Shown here: positions 19,944 to 30,074 of the stretch, one piece after another
How positions within the stretch are numbered: position 1 is the stretch's first letter
Layout of the letters: each line of letters begins with the position of its first letter
Source: Candidatus Hydrogenedentota bacterium
GTDB taxonomy: Bacteria; Hydrogenedentota; Hydrogenedentia; Hydrogenedentales; SLHB01
Assembly: GCA_034408725.1 (NCBI GenBank)
Contig: JAWXCN010000051.1
Span: forward strand, 1 to 56,232
DNA: 56,232 nucleotides
Direction of reading: 5' to 3'
Position numbers and translations under genes: made by a program
Notes under the pieces: model-generated
The model's database searches: none
Seen by the model: the letters and a program-made list of their open reading frames with translations, nothing else
What the model was told of the DNA's origin: nothing

Positions 19944-21836
19944 CTACGCCGCTTCGGTCTGATCCTTATACTGAAGCTGGTACAAGGTGTAATACAACCC
20001 GCGTACCGCCAGCAACTCCTGATGCGTGCCCACTTCGCGAATCTCGCCGTGATGCATCACTACAATCCGGTCCGCATGCTGGACCGTTGACAGTCGGTGC
20101 GCAATGACAATCGATGTGCGCCCTTCCATCAGCTTGATAATCGCATCTTGGATCAGTGCTTCGGTCGCCGTGTCCACGCTCGAGGTCGCCTCGTCAAGCA
20201 CCAGAATTTGCGGATCGTGCGCGAGCGCGCGCGCAAACGCCAGCAATTGGCGCTGGCCCGTGGAGAGATTGCAACCTCGCTCGCCTACGTCATATCCGTA
20301 TGTGCCGGGCAATGTTTCGATGAACGGGGCGGCATTTACATGTTCCGCGCAACGCCGAATCGTTTCCGCAGTAACTTCAGGGCTTCCGAGGCTGATGTTG
20401 TCGGCGATCGACCCGGAAAACAGGAAAACGTCTTGTAGCACGATTCCGATCCGTTTTCGCAATTCCGTCTTGTCATACTCGCGCACGTCCAATCCGTCAA
20501 CGCGAATGCTCCCTCGCTGAATATCGTAAAAACGGCTGAGCAGGTTGATAAACGTCGTTTTGCCCGCGCCTGTATGCCCAACAATTGCAACGCGCTCTCC
20601 CGGAGCAATCGACAGATTGATGTCCTTGAGCACCGGCGATTCCGGGTCGTATCCGAACCGCACGTCTTCAAAAACGATTTCGCCTTGCAACGTTTTTGGC
20701 TGGATTGCATTTGGTTTGTCCGCAATGTCTTCGGGCGTATCAAGCAACGTAAAGATGCGTTCAGACGCGGCCATCGCTTCGAGCAATACATTGTAGCGGT
20801 CCGTCAATGCGCGAATCGGACCGTACAGGCGTTCTGCCCACTGCAAGTACGCGAAGAACAATCCGATCTGCACTTCGCCGCGGCCCTGTGCCTGCAACCC
20901 GATAACTTCCCACCCGTGGTACAAAATGACCAGCGCCAAGGCCGCTGTACCCAGAAAATCGATCATTGGGAAATATACGGCGAAATTCCGAATCTGCTTG
21001 AACCATTCGTCGCGATGGCCGGCGTTCAATATCTTAAATTCGTCCAGTCGCCGCTCTTCCTGCCGGAAAATTTGCACCACGCGTATGCCGCTGATGTTCT
21101 CCTGCATGAACGCATTCAGTTGCGCGACCTTTCGCCGGACTTCCAAATACGATTTGCGCGCGTAGTTGCGAAACACCAGGCCGGTGATGAAAACGAATGG
21201 AATCGTCGACAGCACAATACCCGCGATACGCCAGTCGGTATACACCATGAAACCAACGACGACGATGATAGTGAACAAATCACTAATCGTCTGCTCGACC
21301 CCAGAAACAATGCTCGCCTGCACTTTTTCAACGTCGTTCGTTACGCGGGTCATCAGGCGTCCGACAGGGTTCTTGTCCAGGAACCGGAGCGACATGCGTT
21401 GCAGGTGCTCAAAGATGCGCATTCGCATTTCAAACATCGTGCGCTGTCCAATCCAGGCAACGATGACCATCTGCGCATACCGGACAACTGCTTCCGCCAA
21501 CATCAATCCACCGATCAGCAGCATCAGGCGCATCAGTCCGCGCCGGTCTTCCCGCTTCATCGCGTCAAGGGCAAGCACCTTCGCCGGGTCCGGCTGCGGC
21601 GCCGCGGCAATTTCGGCGGATAAGGCGAGTCGATCGGGATTGTTCACGTTCTCGTCGATTGCCTGCATCATGATCAACGGCACAAAATTGCCCGCAATTG
21701 ACGCCACAAACAGCAGCACGACAGCCAGCGCAAACCATCTTGCGTAAGGACGCACGTAACCCATCAATCGTCGCATCAGCCGCGCGTCATATGCCCGCTG
21801 CTGCGCTTCGTCCTCAATATGATATGCATCGCTCAT
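19944..21836 (-). CDS. ABC exporter, fused permease/ATPase (MdlB/YheH-like)
   Basis: TMD plus GHTGAGKT, LSTGQRQ, LVLDEAT, AHRLST. Confidence 0.95.
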   Translation of the reverse strand: MSDAYHIEDEAQQRAYDARLMRRLMGYVRPYARWFALAVVLLFVASIAGNFVPLIMMQAIDENVNNPDRLALSAEIAAAPQPDPAKVLALDAMKREDRRGLMRLMLLIGGLMLAEAVVRYAQMVIVAWIGQRTMFEMRMRIFEHLQRMSLRFLDKNPVGRLMTRVTNDVEKVQASIVSGVEQTISDLFTIIVVVGFMVYTDWRIAGIVLSTIPFVFITGLVFRNYARKSYLEVRRKVAQLNAFMQENISGIRVVQIFRQEERRLDEFKILNAGHRDEWFKQIRNFAVYFPMIDFLGTAALALVILYHGWEVIGLQAQGRGEVQIGLFFAYLQWAERLYGPIRALTDRYNVLLEAMAASERIFTLLDTPEDIADKPNAIQPKTLQGEIVFEDVRFGYDPESPVLKDINLSIAPGERVAIVGHTGAGKTTFINLLSRFYDIQRGSIRVDGLDVREYDKTELRKRIGIVLQDVFLFSGSIADNISLGSPEVTAETIRRCAEHVNAAPFIETLPGTYGYDVGERGCNLSTGQRQLLAFARALAHDPQILVLDEATSSVDTATEALIQDAIIKLMEGRTSIVIAHRLSTVQHADRIVVMHHGEIREVGTHQELLAVRGLYYTLYQLQYKDQTEAA

Positions 21837-23659
21837 GCGGTAGTCTCGAGCTCATCTTCCAGCAACTGCCGTTCGTACATTTCCGCATAATGCCCATCAA
21901 GCAGGAGGAGCGCATCGTGGGCGCCGCGCTCGATGATTCGGCCGCCTTCCAGCACCAAAATAAGGTCCGCATGGCGCACGGTCGAAACCCGGTGCGAGAT
22001 AATTACGCTGGTGCGATGCTGCATCACGTTTTTCAACCTGCTCAATATCTGCTCTTCCGTATGCGTATCAACGCTCGAAAGCGCGTCGTCCAGGATCAAT
22101 ATCGCCCCATCGAGCACCACCGCGCGCGCAATCGCAAGCCGTTGCTTCTGCCCTCCCGAAAGATTCACCCCGCGCTCTCCCAATAGCGTGTCGTATCCGT
22201 TGGCAAGACGGTCTATTGTTTCCGTCAGTTGCGCGGCATCGGCGGCATACTCGATTTCTTCCTGAGACGCTCCCGGACGACCAAAAGTGAGGTTCGCACG
22301 AATCGTGTCGGAGAAGAGAAAGGTGTCTTGTGGAACATACGCAATACCCGAGCGAAGCGTTTGTAATGGAAACCGGCGAATATCATGGCCATCAATGTGA
22401 ATCGAGCCATTCGTCGGTTCGTATTCGCGTGTGAGCAAGGAGACTATCGACGACTTCCCGCTTCCCGTCGGACCCACGATCGCAACGGTCTGCCCCTGCT
22501 CTACGTCAAAAGATATATCGCTTAGGGCCACGCGCCCATCGTAGCTCAAGCCCACGCCATCAAACCGCACCGCTCCATGAATGGCGGATTTTCCGTAATC
22601 AGTTTCCGCGCTGTCGCGGATGGCGGGTTCTCGATTCAGGTACTCGATGATGCGCTTCATGCTCACCACGCCGCGCTGATAGAGCGTCATTACCCAGCCA
22701 AACTCCGCCAAGGGCCACGCCAGCAGAAGCAGGCACGACATGAACGCCGTGAAACTTCCAAGCGTAAAGGTCTCACGCGCAATGCCGAAGCCCGTCTCGT
22801 TCCAAACGGGTCGTGACACCTGCGCGCCATCAAGCACCATGTCGCCGCCCTGCCAGATAATCAAGAGGATAACCACGCCAATCATCATGCCAATGACGGG
22901 CCATGCAAACGACATCGCCACCGATAGCTTTAAGCCTTCGCGCATGTACTTTTCGGATTCTACACGAAACGCGCGCACCTCGACGTCGCCAACACCATAG
23001 GCCTGCACAACGCGCGAGCCCGCGAGATTCTCCTGTACACGCGTCGTCACGACGCCAAACTGGTCCTGCACAATTTGGGACTGCCTGTGAATGTACGTTA
23101 CGAACGCGTACACGAGAATGGATACAACCGGAAGCGGGACCAACGCGACCAGCGTAAGATAGGAGCTGAAATACAGCATGGTCCCAAACGCCAGCGGTAG
23201 CCGCAGCATGTCAACAGTGCCCATGATGCCGGGGCCAATGAGTTCGCGAACGTAGTTAATGTCGTTCGACGCGCGCGCCATCACCTCGCCGGTAGGCGAC
23301 TTTGTAAAAAACTCGCGCGACTGCGCCTGTATCGCGCGAAAATAGTCGTTCCGCAAATCGTACTCGAATTTGCGCGACGCCCCGATGATGAGCGTACGCT
23401 CAAAATAACGCGCGATACCCGAGATGATGCCTACCCCGATCAGCAACCCCACGTAACCCAGCAACATGGACCGCGTCAATTCGTACGCAATGAACCGGTC
23501 CACCATCGCGCCCATTAACAAGGGCATTGCGAGATTGAGCACGGAGAAAATGGCCGCGAGCGCAAATCCGGCGGCATACGACCGCCAATAGCGGCGGTTG
23601 TATCGCAGCAGCGTTGCAAATGGGCCGGTGACGCGCACCGAAGGAACTGACGATGCCAC
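21833..23659 (-). CDS. ABC exporter, fused permease/ATPase (MdlA/YheI-like)
   Basis: GPTGSGKS, LSGGQKQR, degenerate Walker B ILDDA typical of a heterodimer partner. Confidence 0.95.
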   Translation of the reverse strand: MASSVPSVRVTGPFATLLRYNRRYWRSYAAGFALAAIFSVLNLAMPLLMGAMVDRFIAYELTRSMLLGYVGLLIGVGIISGIARYFERTLIIGASRKFEYDLRNDYFRAIQAQSREFFTKSPTGEVMARASNDINYVRELIGPGIMGTVDMLRLPLAFGTMLYFSSYLTLVALVPLPVVSILVYAFVTYIHRQSQIVQDQFGVVTTRVQENLAGSRVVQAYGVGDVEVRAFRVESEKYMREGLKLSVAMSFAWPVIGMMIGVVILLIIWQGGDMVLDGAQVSRPVWNETGFGIARETFTLGSFTAFMSCLLLLAWPLAEFGWVMTLYQRGVVSMKRIIEYLNREPAIRDSAETDYGKSAIHGAVRFDGVGLSYDGRVALSDISFDVEQGQTVAIVGPTGSGKSSIVSLLTREYEPTNGSIHIDGHDIRRFPLQTLRSGIAYVPQDTFLFSDTIRANLTFGRPGASQEEIEYAADAAQLTETIDRLANGYDTLLGERGVNLSGGQKQRLAIARAVVLDGAILILDDALSSVDTHTEEQILSRLKNVMQHRTSVIISHRVSTVRHADLILVLEGGRIIERGAHDALLLLDGHYAEMYERQLLEDELETTA

Positions 23660-23662
23660 GCG

Positions 23663-26600
23663 TTAGACCTCGCGCGCGGCCCGCGGTTCTGCCACCGCCT
23701 GGACCAGTTCCAGGAGATCGTCCGCATGAAATGGCTTGAGAAGATAGCCGTCAGCGCCGTACTCGCGGTACCGTGCCGAACCACTGTCCACGGGTTTCGC
23801 CGTTACCATGAAAACCTTGATGCCGGCGAGCACGTGATCGCGCTTCAATTTTTTACACGATTCCCATCCGTCCATGCCCGGCATCGCAATGTCCATCAGC
23901 ACGACACGAAACTCCCGCGTCGCCGCCAGCCGCATCGCCTGTTCACCCGACACGCACGTCGTCACTTCATACCCTTCGCCTTCCAGACACCGCGAAATGA
24001 ACTGCAGGATTTCCTGATCGTCGTCCACGCACAGAATTTTATGGCCCAAAGGCTCGCCAATAGATAGATTCTGGCCCAATGCGTACTGAATTCCGCTCAG
24101 CAAAGAGCTCTTCCGGAAGCTTCTTTTCACACGCGCCGCGACGAGGGCGCGATATTTTGAATACACCTCCTCATCGCTCGTCATCACGATAATCGGTATT
24201 TCGCCCGCCGATTTGTCCGCCAACAACGCGTCGAGCAGCGGGCTTGACTCCGCTTCGTCGTCTCCTCCGAGGTCCGCCAGCAAGCAGTCCGGGCTATGCC
24301 GTTGCGCGAGGGTGATTGCGTGTGCTGCGTCTAACGCATGAATCACGTCCATGCCCTCCGACATCAGGAGCGTGCGCACCTGGGCGCTCAGCGCCCGGTC
24401 TTGCGTTACCAATTCCACCAGCAACCGTGTGCCTGGCGTGGCGCCTTCACCATTCAGATCGTGCGCCTCGGTTTTGCGGGCGCCGGCAAGGGGCAACACG
24501 AACCGGAACGTGCTTCCTTTACCTTCTTCGCTCATGGCGGTGATCCGCGTACCGTGCAAGCGCGCAATGTCCTGCGCGATTGACAGTCCAATCCCGGTGC
24601 CCCCGTATTTGCGAGTCGATGAGCTGTCGTATTGATAAAAGCGCGTGAACACTTTGTCCAACGCTTCTTCAGGGATGCCGATGCCCGTGTCTCGCACCAA
24701 TGCCTGGACATTGTCGTCCTTCACTATAATCTCGACGGTTACCCGCCCCTCGGCATTGTTAAACTTCACGGCGTTGGACAGCAGATTGGTGAACACCTGT
24801 CCAAGCTTGCTCTTGTCGCCTTCCACCAACACCGGTTCGGCGGGAGCAATCATTTCCAGCACGATGCCCCGGCTGTCCGCCACCGGTTGGACAATTTGCA
24901 GGCTCGCGCGAGCGCACTCGCGAAGATCGAACTCGTCGAACACCAGTGTCTCCGTTCCGCGGTGCAGCCGCGAAAAGTCCAACAGGTTTTCGATGAGGGT
25001 GACCAGTTTCTCGATATTGCGCAGGCTAATTCCCAGGTATTCCTTTTGCTCGGCATTCACCGGGCCCGCCTTGCCATTCACAATCATGTCCGTATAGCCC
25101 ATTACCGACACCAGCGGCGTGCGCAATTCGTGCGACACATTGGATAGCAGGTTCGTCTTCATTTCGTCCAAAGTCTTCAATTCTTCATTCGCCTCGTGCA
25201 GCTTCTCGCGCGCAAGCGTCACCTCTTCCAGCGATTGCTGTAAGTTCTCGAGAAGATGCGCATTGCGGATTGCCACGGCCACGTGCGGGGCCATCTGCTG
25301 CAATACGTCGATGTCGTGTTGTGTATACGCTTCCACGCGTTCGGCGCCGAGATTCAGCGTTCCGATTATCCTTCCCGTAGCGTATAACGGCACACACAGA
25401 CACGAATGGATACTCCGCGGGAAATGTCCCGTATACGGACTGTCCAGCGCCGCCAGATTGCCTACGACAAGCGACTCCCGCGTGCGCACGACCCATGCCG
25501 AACAGTTCGCGGGGTCTTCCAACGGCGACTCCCGGAGCGGACTATCATGCTCTGGCCACAGTGCCTGGGTATGGAATTGTTCGCCCTCGTCGTTGAGCAG
25601 CGCTAGTTCGGCGTAGTCGAAATCAACCATCTTCTTCACTTCGACCACGAGGCTTTCGTATAAACGTCCGGCCTCAAGGCTTGAATTGATGACATTCGCA
25701 ATTTGGCTGATTACCGCGAGCCGCTCAGCGCGGTCCCGCGCGTCCCGTTCGAGCCGGATATTCTTCGTCACATCGCGGAACAAACCCTCGATGCCAATTG
25801 TGCGCCCCTCGTCGTCGTGCATGAGATTTCCGGAAAGGTCGACGCAGATCGCCCTGCCATCGGCATGTTGCATCCAGATGCGCGACCGCTCGACAAACCC
25901 TTTCGTGACCAGTTCATCGAAGAACCCACCCATGTCCTCGGATTCATGGAACATCGAACGGATATTCGTGCCCAGCACTTCGTCCTGGTTCTCAAACCCC
26001 AGAATTTCCGACCCCGATGGATTCACAAACCCGATGACGCCGCCGGGATCGGTCTGAAAAATCCCGTCCCGCATCGAATTCACCAGGCCGCGATACTTTT
26101 CCTCGGACTCTTCCAATTGCCGGATATTGCGTTTCAGCGCCAGCGCCATCTTGTTGAAGGACATGGCGAGCTCTTCGATCTCGTCGCCAGTGCCAATCTT
26201 GAGTTTCAGTTCGAGGTCGCCCTGCTCGATAATCTGCGCGCCTTCGTTCAGTAAGAGCACCGGACGCACAATGTTGTTATGTACGTTGCGGTAGGCGTTG
26301 AGCCACAGGAAGGCAATAAACACCACGCATCCGGTTACGGTCAGGGCCGACCAGAACCAGATCGGCGCGTATACCGACGATGCCGAGCGCGCGACCATGA
26401 CAAACATCGGGTAGGCGTCGAAAATACGGTCATACGCGACAAACATGTGGCGCGGCTCGGTGCTGTCGAACAACCGGTACGTTTCAACCGTGCCGGATAA
26501 GCCGCGGGCGGGGTCGAGCATTTGTTCCGCGAAAGTATCCGACAACGGCTCCCATTTGAGCGAGGGATTCTCGGGGTCTGCAGTTCCTTCCAGCCTCGAC

Positions 26601-27301
26601 GCGCGCATGGCGCCGGCGCCGGCGTCAAACGCGAGGTGATACTCCTCATGCTCCGGCGGCTTGGTCTTCCGGTACGGATCAAAACCAAGTCCGAACTTTA
26701 GCAGGGTGTGTATATCGAATACTTCGGAAACGTAACCGATGCGCTGACTCGTCCCGGGCGAGATAATCGGCGCCGAAGTCTGCGCCAGGTATCGGCCATG
26801 CGCAAGGTCCGGCTCCAGGTCAACGAAGTCGGGGCCCTTCAGCCTGACGCGCCATTCAGGATGCGGCCGTTTCGCGTCATCGCTCAATTCCCCCGTGCTC
26901 GCAATGAGTTTGCCGTCCACATCGTAGAGCGCGAACACGGACGGCATGCTTTCCGGTAATTCCGCCTCTGCCTGCGCTTTGAGCCGTTCCATGAGCAATT
27001 CCAGCGCATATTCGGAATCCAGAATCGCCGGCCGGCCCAGCTTCGGCATCAACGCGCCAACGATCTGCGGATCATGGGCAAGTTTTTGGAGGGAGTGACG
27101 ATGCGCATTCGCGGCGATACGCAATCCACCGGAAGTTTTCTGCGCGGCGACTGACAATGTCTGCTTTACGGAATTGGCCTGGTTCTGGCGCGCGATATAC
27201 ACACCGAGAACGATGGCCAACACGAGCGGAACGATTCCCACGTACAGAATCGACATGAGTATCTTCCGCTCGATTCCGCGGCGTGGCGTGCCCGCAGGCA
27301 T
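23663..27301 (-). CDS. Hybrid sensor histidine kinase (periplasmic sensor-HAMP-PAS-GAF-HisKA-HATPase-REC-REC)
   Basis: GDEIEELA HAMP, SHELRTPL H-box, NLLSNAVKF, DTGIGI, GGTGIGL, C-terminal MDIAMP receiver. Confidence 0.95.
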   Translation of the reverse strand: MPAGTPRRGIERKILMSILYVGIVPLVLAIVLGVYIARQNQANSVKQTLSVAAQKTSGGLRIAANAHRHSLQKLAHDPQIVGALMPKLGRPAILDSEYALELLMERLKAQAEAELPESMPSVFALYDVDGKLIASTGELSDDAKRPHPEWRVRLKGPDFVDLEPDLAHGRYLAQTSAPIISPGTSQRIGYVSEVFDIHTLLKFGLGFDPYRKTKPPEHEEYHLAFDAGAGAMRASRLEGTADPENPSLKWEPLSDTFAEQMLDPARGLSGTVETYRLFDSTEPRHMFVAYDRIFDAYPMFVMVARSASSVYAPIWFWSALTVTGCVVFIAFLWLNAYRNVHNNIVRPVLLLNEGAQIIEQGDLELKLKIGTGDEIEELAMSFNKMALALKRNIRQLEESEEKYRGLVNSMRDGIFQTDPGGVIGFVNPSGSEILGFENQDEVLGTNIRSMFHESEDMGGFFDELVTKGFVERSRIWMQHADGRAICVDLSGNLMHDDEGRTIGIEGLFRDVTKNIRLERDARDRAERLAVISQIANVINSSLEAGRLYESLVVEVKKMVDFDYAELALLNDEGEQFHTQALWPEHDSPLRESPLEDPANCSAWVVRTRESLVVGNLAALDSPYTGHFPRSIHSCLCVPLYATGRIIGTLNLGAERVEAYTQHDIDVLQQMAPHVAVAIRNAHLLENLQQSLEEVTLAREKLHEANEELKTLDEMKTNLLSNVSHELRTPLVSVMGYTDMIVNGKAGPVNAEQKEYLGISLRNIEKLVTLIENLLDFSRLHRGTETLVFDEFDLRECARASLQIVQPVADSRGIVLEMIAPAEPVLVEGDKSKLGQVFTNLLSNAVKFNNAEGRVTVEIIVKDDNVQALVRDTGIGIPEEALDKVFTRFYQYDSSSTRKYGGTGIGLSIAQDIARLHGTRITAMSEEGKGSTFRFVLPLAGARKTEAHDLNGEGATPGTRLLVELVTQDRALSAQVRTLLMSEGMDVIHALDAAHAITLAQRHSPDCLLADLGGDDEAESSPLLDALLADKSAGEIPIIVMTSDEEVYSKYRALVAARVKRSFRKSSLLSGIQYALGQNLSIGEPLGHKILCVDDDQEILQFISRCLEGEGYEVTTCVSGEQAMRLAATREFRVVLMDIAMPGMDGWESCKKLKRDHVLAGIKVFMVTAKPVDSGSARYREYGADGYLLKPFHADDLLELVQAVAEPRAAREV

Positions 27302-27325
27302 GACGACTCCTCTAAGGCCGGAGGG

Positions 27326-27910
27326 TTACTCGACGATGCGGCCGCGACCTAACAGCTCGCGAACTTTATCCAGCATTTGATCGACCTTGAACGGCTTCGG
27401 CAGGTATTCGTCCGCTCCGCACGCGAAAATGCGCTCGATATCCTGTTCTTTCGACAGGCACGTCACCGCCATGATCGGCGTGCCGCGCGTCAATTCATTT
27501 TCACGCAGCGCCTTGCACACCTCGAAGCCGTTTATCTCTGGCATCAGAAAGTCTAGCAGAATCAGGTCCGGCGACAACTGGGCAGCCTTGAGGCCCACTT
27601 CGGTTGCATTGCTCACCTTGATGAGTTCAAAACCCTCATCGGTGAGAATCTTCTCCATCAGCGCCAGCGCATCCGGATCATCATCGACGATCATGACACG
27701 GCGGCGATTCGCGCCCTTCTCCCGCGGGAACATGTCGTACTGTTCGCGAAATGCATCAAGGTCTTCTTCCAGAATCCGGTAGTGGCCACCGGGCGTGCGC
27801 GACGCCTTGATCAGCCCCTGCTTGATCCAGTTCTTGATGCTGTGGTGGGTTACATGGCATATCTTTGCCGCTTCGAATGTCGTAAACGCTTTTTGCTCGC
27901 GATCACTCAC
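27326..27910 (-). CDS. Response regulator with N-terminal excisionase/BldC-like HTH and C-terminal receiver
   Basis: TTFEAAKIC..TPGGHYRI HTH; VDDD, LLDFLMP, KPF receiver motifs. Confidence 0.92.
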   Translation of the reverse strand: MSDREQKAFTTFEAAKICHVTHHSIKNWIKQGLIKASRTPGGHYRILEEDLDAFREQYDMFPREKGANRRRVMIVDDDPDALALMEKILTDEGFELIKVSNATEVGLKAAQLSPDLILLDFLMPEINGFEVCKALRENELTRGTPIMAVTCLSKEQDIERIFACGADEYLPKPFKVDQMLDKVRELLGRGRIVE

Positions 27911-27993
27911 GGTAGTAGTCCTCCGGCCAGCGCGGATTCAAAAGTCATCCACGGCTTGGCCAAATTCAGCAGATTAAGCACCTTCTATTTGAA

Positions 27994-28023
27994 AGTATAA
28001 CCGCCATTTTCGCATTTTGTCAA
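27994..28023 (-). promoter_or_regulatory. Sigma70-type promoter for the regulator-kinase-ABC operon
   Basis: TTGACA (28023-28018), 18-nt spacer, TATACT (27999-27994) on the minus strand. Confidence 0.6.
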
Positions 28024-28080
28024 ATTTGCGGGCCAAACTAAACAATATGAGTTACTTAGAGATCGGGTTTTGTCAATAAT

Positions 28081-28446
28081 TTACCTGCGACTTCCTGAAC
28101 GAACTAACAGCCAGTGCCAATAGCAAGCCGCCGAACCTGCAAAACAAAGTAAACTCAATGGCCCTGTAAATAGCGCCGCAATAAACAAAAGGGCCGATGG
28201 CGCTAATCCCAAGTACCCCTTGGCGCGTGGACTTGGTTCCCGCCCCTGCGCCACGGCGTTCGCAGACCACCAACCAAACACAGCCAATGCAAGGAACAAC
28301 AAGGGAGCGGAAAGTTTCGGCGGACTGATGACCGCCACGCCGCCGATTACCGCGACCAGCACCAGCAAACCGTACTGCGTTTCGGGCTGGACACTGGCCA
28401 CTTTCCCGAAATCGTCGACTTGGCGTCTATCTCGGTCGTTGCCCAT
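28081..28446 (-). CDS. Small hypothetical membrane protein
   Basis: About four hydrophobic segments; last gene of the dinG-pgi run. Confidence 0.6.
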   Translation of the reverse strand: MGNDRDRRQVDDFGKVASVQPETQYGLLVLVAVIGGVAVISPPKLSAPLLFLALAVFGWWSANAVAQGREPSPRAKGYLGLAPSALLFIAALFTGPLSLLCFAGSAACYWHWLLVRSGSRR

Positions 28447-28490
28447 AGCCTGCGTCCCTCGAGAGCCAGTGTTCAGAAATTCGTTGGTGA

Positions 28491-30074
28491 TTATCCCAGC
28501 GAGGCGAGTATCGAACGGATGATGTCAACCTCCTGTGATTCCATGCCCGAGACGAGTAGCCGGGTCATCCAGGGATAGGTGGAGGTGAGGACCCGATACG
28601 CGATAACCCAAGTGCAGACCGCGCACAAGGCCAAACCAAACTGAAGTCCAAAGTATCGTTTCACAAGCGACAGATACGCGGCACGCCGTTTCTTGCGCAA
28701 TACGGATGTATCTCCGCGCAACTCCGGCGGCAGCCGCGTGAGCAAGGTCTCGCAGCCCGGCAACGCCAGTGCGGGGCTGATGAGGCCCACGGCAAAGCCA
28801 CCGGCAATCGAAACCCACCATAGAGTTCTAAAAAGCGTCTCCGCCGGCAATGATCCCTGCGACGCCCTTTGAACAAGGCCGATGATCGTAAGCACGGTGA
28901 ACAACCCGAGGGTACTTGCCGCAAGCGCAATCAACGACATTCGCGAGTGGCGCACGTTATGCGCGTAGCCGCCGGTGGTCAACGCCTTGGACGCGGCGTA
29001 TGCCACCAGGAAACACGCGAATATAATGACCAACCCGTCGCGAACAAGTAGCAAAGGCACTCCGTACTTCGTCTGTTCATCGACAATTGTAAGTTTCCGG
29101 TTGTTCTCGAATTCTTCGATCTCACGCATCGCTGCGTCAAGGCGTGTGCCGAGCGAGACGAGCTGCTCGTCCGGCGCCCCGGCAGTGGCTGTGGCAATTT
29201 TTTTCCGGGCTTCTACCGCGAGCGATGCCGTTCGCAAGCCTAGGTATAGTTGCGGCGCGCCCCCCCCCAGACCGTCGCGCGCTACATCGGTCGGCGCGGC
29301 GCCCGCGGCAATCCGCCGCCCGGCGGATTGCAGCGCGTCCAAACGGGCCAGCGCAATGTCGGCGCGCCCCTCATTCAGATCGATTTCAGTGGCTTCCAAC
29401 ATGCGTTTGGCGAGTTGTTCAATCGGCTGGCCGCAATGATGCACCATCTGCCGCCGAAGATCGGCGAACTGGTGCCCGTCGCGTTTGAGCACTGGGGACC
29501 ACATCGGCAACGGGAACGTCACATTGTCTTCGCTCGCGTTAGCGCGCTCCATCAACGCGAGCGCACTGTCATAATCTGGGGGATCCATGAGCGGCAGGAC
29601 CGCCGCTTCGAGATATACGGCGAGGGCATTATGCGATCCACCCTCTGCCGCATGCCGGAACAGCTGGCGCGCTCGTGGGTACAATCCTAACTCGATAAGT
29701 TGGCATCCGTACTTGAGGGCGAGATCCGCGTTCTCGGGATCGATCTGGTATGCGCGTTCGTAAGCGGACACGACCAGGTCTGATTCCTCGCGTTCGGCTA
29801 ACGCTTCGAGGTATCGAGCTGATGGTACCTCGTTTGCTTGGTCTATCTTCACAGCCTCTCGCAAAAAAATGCGACCCTTTTCCTTCTGGGTGAGCGCGCT
29901 AAGATACAAGCGTTCGGCCCTCTCGTACCGGCCGAACTGTTCGACCACCCACAATAGAATCGTGAAGGCTGTAACCAGCGCAACGCCCCAGCGAAACGCG
30001 CGACGCATGCGCCGCGCGCCAATCAGGTCACCGCTGTCGCCATATTCAGGACATTGGGGTGGCGCAGGGATCAA
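28491..30074 (-). CDS. TPR-containing membrane protein
   Basis: N-terminal TM, AYERAYQIDPENA TPR-like motif, C-terminal TM bundle; overlaps the pgi stop by 4 nt. Confidence 0.7.
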   Translation of the reverse strand: MIPAPPQCPEYGDSGDLIGARRMRRAFRWGVALVTAFTILLWVVEQFGRYERAERLYLSALTQKEKGRIFLREAVKIDQANEVPSARYLEALAEREESDLVVSAYERAYQIDPENADLALKYGCQLIELGLYPRARQLFRHAAEGGSHNALAVYLEAAVLPLMDPPDYDSALALMERANASEDNVTFPLPMWSPVLKRDGHQFADLRRQMVHHCGQPIEQLAKRMLEATEIDLNEGRADIALARLDALQSAGRRIAAGAAPTDVARDGLGGGAPQLYLGLRTASLAVEARKKIATATAGAPDEQLVSLGTRLDAAMREIEEFENNRKLTIVDEQTKYGVPLLLVRDGLVIIFACFLVAYAASKALTTGGYAHNVRHSRMSLIALAASTLGLFTVLTIIGLVQRASQGSLPAETLFRTLWWVSIAGGFAVGLISPALALPGCETLLTRLPPELRGDTSVLRKKRRAAYLSLVKRYFGLQFGLALCAVCTWVIAYRVLTSTYPWMTRLLVSGMESQEVDIIRSILASLG

